A stretch of 64,000 nucleotides of DNA from an uncultured Methylomirabilota bacterium (GTDB taxonomy: Bacteria; Methylomirabilota; Methylomirabilia; Methylomirabilales; 2-02-FULL-66-22), in NCBI GenBank assembly GCA_963845565.1, contig CAWJSJ010000002.1:1664001-1728000 (forward strand), given 5' to 3'. How positions within the stretch are numbered: position 1 is the first letter of the stretch; each line of letters begins with the position of its first letter. The notes beneath the pieces are model-generated. The model made no database searches and was not told the DNA's origin. It saw only the letters and a list, made by a program, of their open reading frames with translations. The translations under genes and the position numbers were made by a program. Below, piece by piece: positions 59,919 through 64,000 of the stretch.

Positions 59919-61661
59919 TCAGGAGCCGACTGGACCGGATGGGACCGCGATGCCCCAGCGCCGCATCTTTCGCCAGAGCGTCGTGCGATCCATTCCGAGC
60001 CGAGCCGCCGCGAGGCCGCGATTCCACCGGGTGGACTCCAGCGCGCGGAGCAGATGCGCCTTTTCATCCGCCGCGGGGACCGGAGTCCTGGATGGGTCCG
60101 GGCGCTGTGGGTCGCTCTTTGGGCTCGCCAGGATCGAGCGAGGCAGGGTGTCCGGCTCGATCATGCCACCCCGGGAGCAAACCATAGCATGCTCCAGGGC
60201 GTTCTCCAATTCACGGATGTTTCCCGGCCAGTCATGGTCTAGGAGAACGGACATGGTGTGCGGCGAGACGGCCAGGGCCCTCCCCTTGGCTTTGGCGGCG
60301 AAGCGATCCAGCAGGGATTCGACCAGCGCCGGGATGTCGGCCTTGCGTTCCCGTAAAGCGGGGATGTGGATCGGGATCACGTTGAGACGATAGTACAGGT
60401 CCTCGCGAAACCTCCGTTCGCGCATCAGTTGGGGCAGGTCGCGATGCGTGGCGGCAATCACCCGGACGTCCACCTGGATGGTCTCGTTGCCTCCGAGCCG
60501 TTCGAATTGCTGCTCCTGGAGCACGCGCAGCAGCTTGACCTGGACGGTCGGGCTCAGATCACCGATCTCGTCGAGAAAGATGGTGCCTTTGTCCGCCAAC
60601 TCGAAACGCCCCTTCCGCTCCTTGATGGCGCCCGTGAAGGCGCCCTTTTCATGGCCGAACAGCTCGCTTTCCAGGAGCGTTTCGGGAAGCGCGGCGCAGC
60701 TCACTTTGACGAACGGGTGGCGCTCCCGTGGGCTGAGGTAGTGCAGGGCGTGGGCGAAGAGGTCCTTGCCTGTTCCGCTCTCTCCCTGGAGCAGGACCGT
60801 GGAGTCGCTGTCCTTGATCATCTCCACCAGATCGAAGATCTCGCGCATTCGGGGGTGCGCCCCGATGATTTGCAGGAAGGGGGTTCGCCGTCGGCGCTCG
60901 TCCACGATCTGCTCGATCTCCCGAAGATCGCGGAAGGTGCAGACGGCGCCGAGCGTAGACCCAGCCTCGTCGCGGAACGGGCCGGTGCAGACGCTGAGCG
61001 GGATCGTCCTTCCGCTCGGTCCAACGATGGCGAGCTCCCGATTGCGGACGACCCGGCCTGTCCGCAGCGTCTCCTGGAGGGGCGAGGCCGCGCCGCAGAT
61101 CTCGGCCGGGAGGAGGTCTGCGCAGGGCTTGCCCAGGACCGTGCCGGCCCGGCGATCCAGGACGCGCTCGGCGGTGCGATTCAAGCTGGTGATCCCACCG
61201 TCTCGATCCACGGTGAAGACGCCCTCGGCGATGGAGTCGAGGACCGCTTGCACCTTGTTGCGCTGCTCGCGCAGCTCGTCGATCAGGCGATTGATGTGCG
61301 TGACCACGCGGATGGTCTCCACCACGCCGACCACATCCCCCTTGGCGTTCTTGAGGGGGGAGGTGTTGATGCAGATGGGGGTGTCCGTTCCGGAGGCGTC
61401 CTTGGCCAGGACGTTGAACGTGGTCACGGTCTCGCCGCCCCGGAATGAGCGCTCGAAGGGGCAGCGCGCCGTGGCGCAGATTTCGCTCTGGAGGATCTGG
61501 CCGCACGACCGGCCGACGGCTGAGGTCTCGGGATGCCCCGTGAGGGTCTCGGCCGGTGCGTTCAGGGTGATGAGTCGCTGCTCGGCGTCAATGGTCAGGA
61601 CGGAGTCAGGGATGCTCCGCAGGATGTCCAAGACGTTGAGGGGTTCGATCGAAATGGGCAT
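59919..61661 (-). CDS. Sigma54-dependent activator (PAS-PAS-AAA+-Fis HTH)
   Basis: GESGTGKD, ESELFGHEKGAFTGA, FREDLYYRLNV, WPGNIREL, LGMDRTTLWRKM. Confidence 0.95.
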   Translation of the reverse strand: MPISIEPLNVLDILRSIPDSVLTIDAEQRLITLNAPAETLTGHPETSAVGRSCGQILQSEICATARCPFERSFRGGETVTTFNVLAKDASGTDTPICINTSPLKNAKGDVVGVVETIRVVTHINRLIDELREQRNKVQAVLDSIAEGVFTVDRDGGITSLNRTAERVLDRRAGTVLGKPCADLLPAEICGAASPLQETLRTGRVVRNRELAIVGPSGRTIPLSVCTGPFRDEAGSTLGAVCTFRDLREIEQIVDERRRRTPFLQIIGAHPRMREIFDLVEMIKDSDSTVLLQGESGTGKDLFAHALHYLSPRERHPFVKVSCAALPETLLESELFGHEKGAFTGAIKERKGRFELADKGTIFLDEIGDLSPTVQVKLLRVLQEQQFERLGGNETIQVDVRVIAATHRDLPQLMRERRFREDLYYRLNVIPIHIPALRERKADIPALVESLLDRFAAKAKGRALAVSPHTMSVLLDHDWPGNIRELENALEHAMVCSRGGMIEPDTLPRSILASPKSDPQRPDPSRTPVPAADEKAHLLRALESTRWNRGLAAARLGMDRTTLWRKMRRWGIAVPSGPVGS

Positions 61662-61889
61662 CGCGCACCTCGGGGTTCGCGCCCCGGCTCGGACGATCCA
61701 GGACGGGCCTCGCAGATCGTCGCGGGGCTGATGGGGCGTATCGAAGGGAGTGTAGCATGCTACCGCAAGATGGCAATCGGTCCGGAAGGTGTCGTTCGGG
61801 TCGGCGGACAGGCGGCGGTTCGGAGTCGGTTGCGACATCGGCACCAGGCTCCGGGCGGCTGCCGGGGCCTGGTGCCGCGAATGCGTCGC

Positions 61890-62870
61890 TCAGTCCACCT
61901 TGATCCCGAACTTCTTGAACTTCTCGGTCTTGCTCTTGTCGAAGGCGAGAGCGTTCTCCTTGGTGATCACGGTGGCCATGCCCGAGCCGACCAGCGTGTC
62001 TTTGGGCGGTTTCTGATCCTTCAGCAGGTACTTGGCCGTCAGATCCACGGCCACGAAGCCCTGGTCGAAGCCGTTGCTGTCCACGGTGCCGGCCATCTCA
62101 CCCTTCTGAATGGCCTCCAGGGTCTCAGGGATGGCATCGATGCCCACCACCATCATCTTGCGTCGGGCATCCTTGATGGCCTCCTTGGCACCGAGCGCCA
62201 TGGCGTCGTTGGCGCAGAGGACCATATCGATCTCCGGGAAGCGGGTCAGGAGATCCTCCATGACCTTCATGGCCTGCTGGCGATTGTACTTGGCCGTGGT
62301 CGAGGCCAGGACCTTTATCCCCGAGGCCTTCTTGAGCGTCTCCGTCACCCCCTGCTGGCGCTCGATGGCGGAGGAGGCACCCGTCGTTCCTTCCAGGATC
62401 ACCACGTTGCCTTTGCCTTTCAGGGTGTCCACAGCCCACTGACCCTGGATGCGGCCGAGCTGCACATGGTCGATGCCGGCGAAACCGATCACCTCGCCGC
62501 CGGTCGCCAGGGTGTTCAGGTTGAAGACGGGGATGCGAGCCTTGTTGGCCCGCTCGATACCCGAGACGATACCCGCGCCGTCGATGGGCACGATGACGAT
62601 GGCGTCCACCTTCTTTTGAATCAGGTCTTCCATGATTCGGATCTGGTTGTCCACGGCGTACTTCTCCGGGGCCAGGACGGTGACCCGGATGCCATGCTGC
62701 TTCCCCGCGGACTCGCCGCCCCACTTCATCTCCACGAAGAAGCGGTTGGTGAGGTCTTTGACCACCAGGGCCACGTGGACATCCTTGGGATCCTTGGCCG
62801 CCAGCGCGACCCCGGCAAGGGCCACGACGCCGACCAGCGCCAGACATGCGAACCGCACAAACCGTTTCAT
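61890..62870 (-). CDS. Sugar ABC transporter substrate-binding protein (RbsB-like)
   Basis: Signal peptide, NRFF, ANDAMALGA, VGID; AGAGGAGG RBS. Confidence 0.9.
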   Translation of the reverse strand: MKRFVRFACLALVGVVALAGVALAAKDPKDVHVALVVKDLTNRFFVEMKWGGESAGKQHGIRVTVLAPEKYAVDNQIRIMEDLIQKKVDAIVIVPIDGAGIVSGIERANKARIPVFNLNTLATGGEVIGFAGIDHVQLGRIQGQWAVDTLKGKGNVVILEGTTGASSAIERQQGVTETLKKASGIKVLASTTAKYNRQQAMKVMEDLLTRFPEIDMVLCANDAMALGAKEAIKDARRKMMVVGIDAIPETLEAIQKGEMAGTVDSNGFDQGFVAVDLTAKYLLKDQKPPKDTLVGSGMATVITKENALAFDKSKTEKFKKFGIKVD

Positions 62871-62916
62871 GATGCGTCCTCCTCTCCTCTCCGACAGGTT
62901 GTGAGTGCACTGCCAG

Positions 62917-63043
62917 CAGGCTGCTGAAAAAGGCCCATCTGCCGCGTTGGCGCGCTCGCGCGGCGCTGCCGCGTACCGCTTCAGTACGCCTCGCACCTCG
63001 CATCACGCGCCGCCTTGCATCTGGACCTTTTTGAGCAGCCCTG
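62917..63043 (+). mobile_element. MITE-like element family A, copy 3 (no REP insert)
   Basis: CAGGCTGCTGAAAAAGGCCCATCTGC...GCCTTGCATCTGGACCTTTTTGAGCAGCC. Confidence 0.75.
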
Positions 63044-63066
63044 TTGGTTCCGATTCACCACACGAG

Positions 63067-64000
63067 TCACCTCGCAACCTTCCCGCGCTTCTGAGTGAGG
63101 TGGTCGATGAGGACCGCCAGGATGATGACAAAGCCAATAAAAAAGTCCTGGAACCGAGCCGGCAAGCCCAGGAGGTTCACGCAGTTCCCCACGACGGCCA
63201 TGACGATCCCGCCCAGGACGAGACCCAGGATGTTCCCCTCGCCGCCGGAGAAGGCGATGCCGCCGATGACGGCCACCGCGATCCCCTCCAGCGGCCACAT
63301 CATTCCCAGGTCGGCGTCGGCGGCGTTCAGCCGGGCGATGTAGATCAGCCCGGACAGGCTCGCCAGGAGGCCCGAGAGCGCATAGACGTGAATGATGTTC
63401 CGATCGGCGGCCAGGCCCGAGAAGCGGGCGGCTTCCGCGTTGGCCCCCACGGCATACGTGATCCGCCCGAAGGTGGTCTTGGTCAGGACCAGGTGCAGCA
63501 AACCCAGGACGGCGGCGCCGACCACCACCGGCATGGGGATGGGGCCGACGAAGCTCTTGCCGAGCCACGTGAAGCTTGCGGGGAAGCCATGGATGGAGGT
63601 GCCTTGCGTATAGGTCAAGGCCAGGCCGCGGACGATGAACATCATACTGAAGGTCATGATGAAGAAGGGGAGCTTCAGCTTGGCGATCATTATCCCGTTC
63701 ATCAGTCCGCCCAGGGCGCCAACCGCGAGGCCCGCCATAATGCCCAGGGCCACGTGGCCGTGAACGATCAACGTCGCCGCCAGGCAAGAGGAGAGGGCGG
63801 CCACGGCGCCGATGGACAAGTCCAGCCCAGCCACCAGCATACTCAGGGAGACGCCCGTGGCGACCAGGGCCAGGAGAAATGCTTGTCGCAGGAGGTTGAT
63901 CAGGTTGGACTCCGTCCCGAAACGCGGCACGAGAATCCACGCGGCGGCCAGAATCACGGCCACGGCACCCAAGCGGTAGAGACCCCGAGTCGAGAGCTTC
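63067..64000 (-). CDS. Sugar ABC transporter permease (RbsC-like), 5' end outside the window
   Basis: GLDLSIGA, TTFGRITYAVGANAEAARFSG, IAVAVIGG. Confidence 0.9.
   Translation of the reverse strand, partial: KLSTRGLYRLGAVAVILAAAWILVPRFGTESNLINLLRQAFLLALVATGVSLSMLVAGLDLSIGAVAALSSCLAATLIVHGHVALGIMAGLAVGALGGLMNGIMIAKLKLPFFIMTFSMMFIVRGLALTYTQGTSIHGFPASFTWLGKSFVGPIPMPVVVGAAVLGLLHLVLTKTTFGRITYAVGANAEAARFSGLAADRNIIHVYALSGLLASLSGLIYIARLNAADADLGMMWPLEGIAVAVIGGIAFSGGEGNILGLVLGGIVMAVVGNCVNLLGLPARFQDFFIGFVIILAVLIDHLTQKRGKVAR

Overview
GC-rich bacterial chromosomal window with about 60 CDS, one tRNA-Thr(CGT), no rRNA, CRISPR, transposase or phage genes. The gene content suggests an anaerobic or facultative organism (inference: NC10/Rokubacteria- or deltaproteobacteria-like). 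Main blocks: (1) a specialised type II fatty-acid cluster ending in a LpxL-family acyltransferase, with a zinc-ribbon-fused ACP, a Cys->Ser ketosynthase and two collapsed gene stumps (3.5-10 kb); (2) a cstA-small protein-ArsA ATPase-DUF59 operon; (3) a TctCBA transporter; (4) a run of exported proteins and peptidases (SYLF, DUF3300/DUF2950, M48, trypsin-like, M16 pair, a KGTEGPDV-repeat protein); (5) pepE, pyk, and menaquinone genes interrupted by a DUF433/DUF5615 TA pair; (6) a largely sigma54-driven minus-strand block with two 2-oxoacid:ferredoxin oxidoreductases and an ADP-forming acyl-CoA synthetase; (7) a sigma54 operon in which two apparent ORFs are one reading frame split by a single in-frame TGA followed by a SECIS-like hairpin, i.e. 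a probable 11-heme selenocysteine cytochrome c, co-transcribed with a periplasmic rhodanese. Block 7 is the best candidate for an undescribed system. Two families of short MITE-like repeats (3 copies each) and a nested REP-like hairpin are present. Many single-base frameshifts between about 11 and 35 kb look like sequencing or assembly indels. Family assignments come from motif recognition only; no searches were run.
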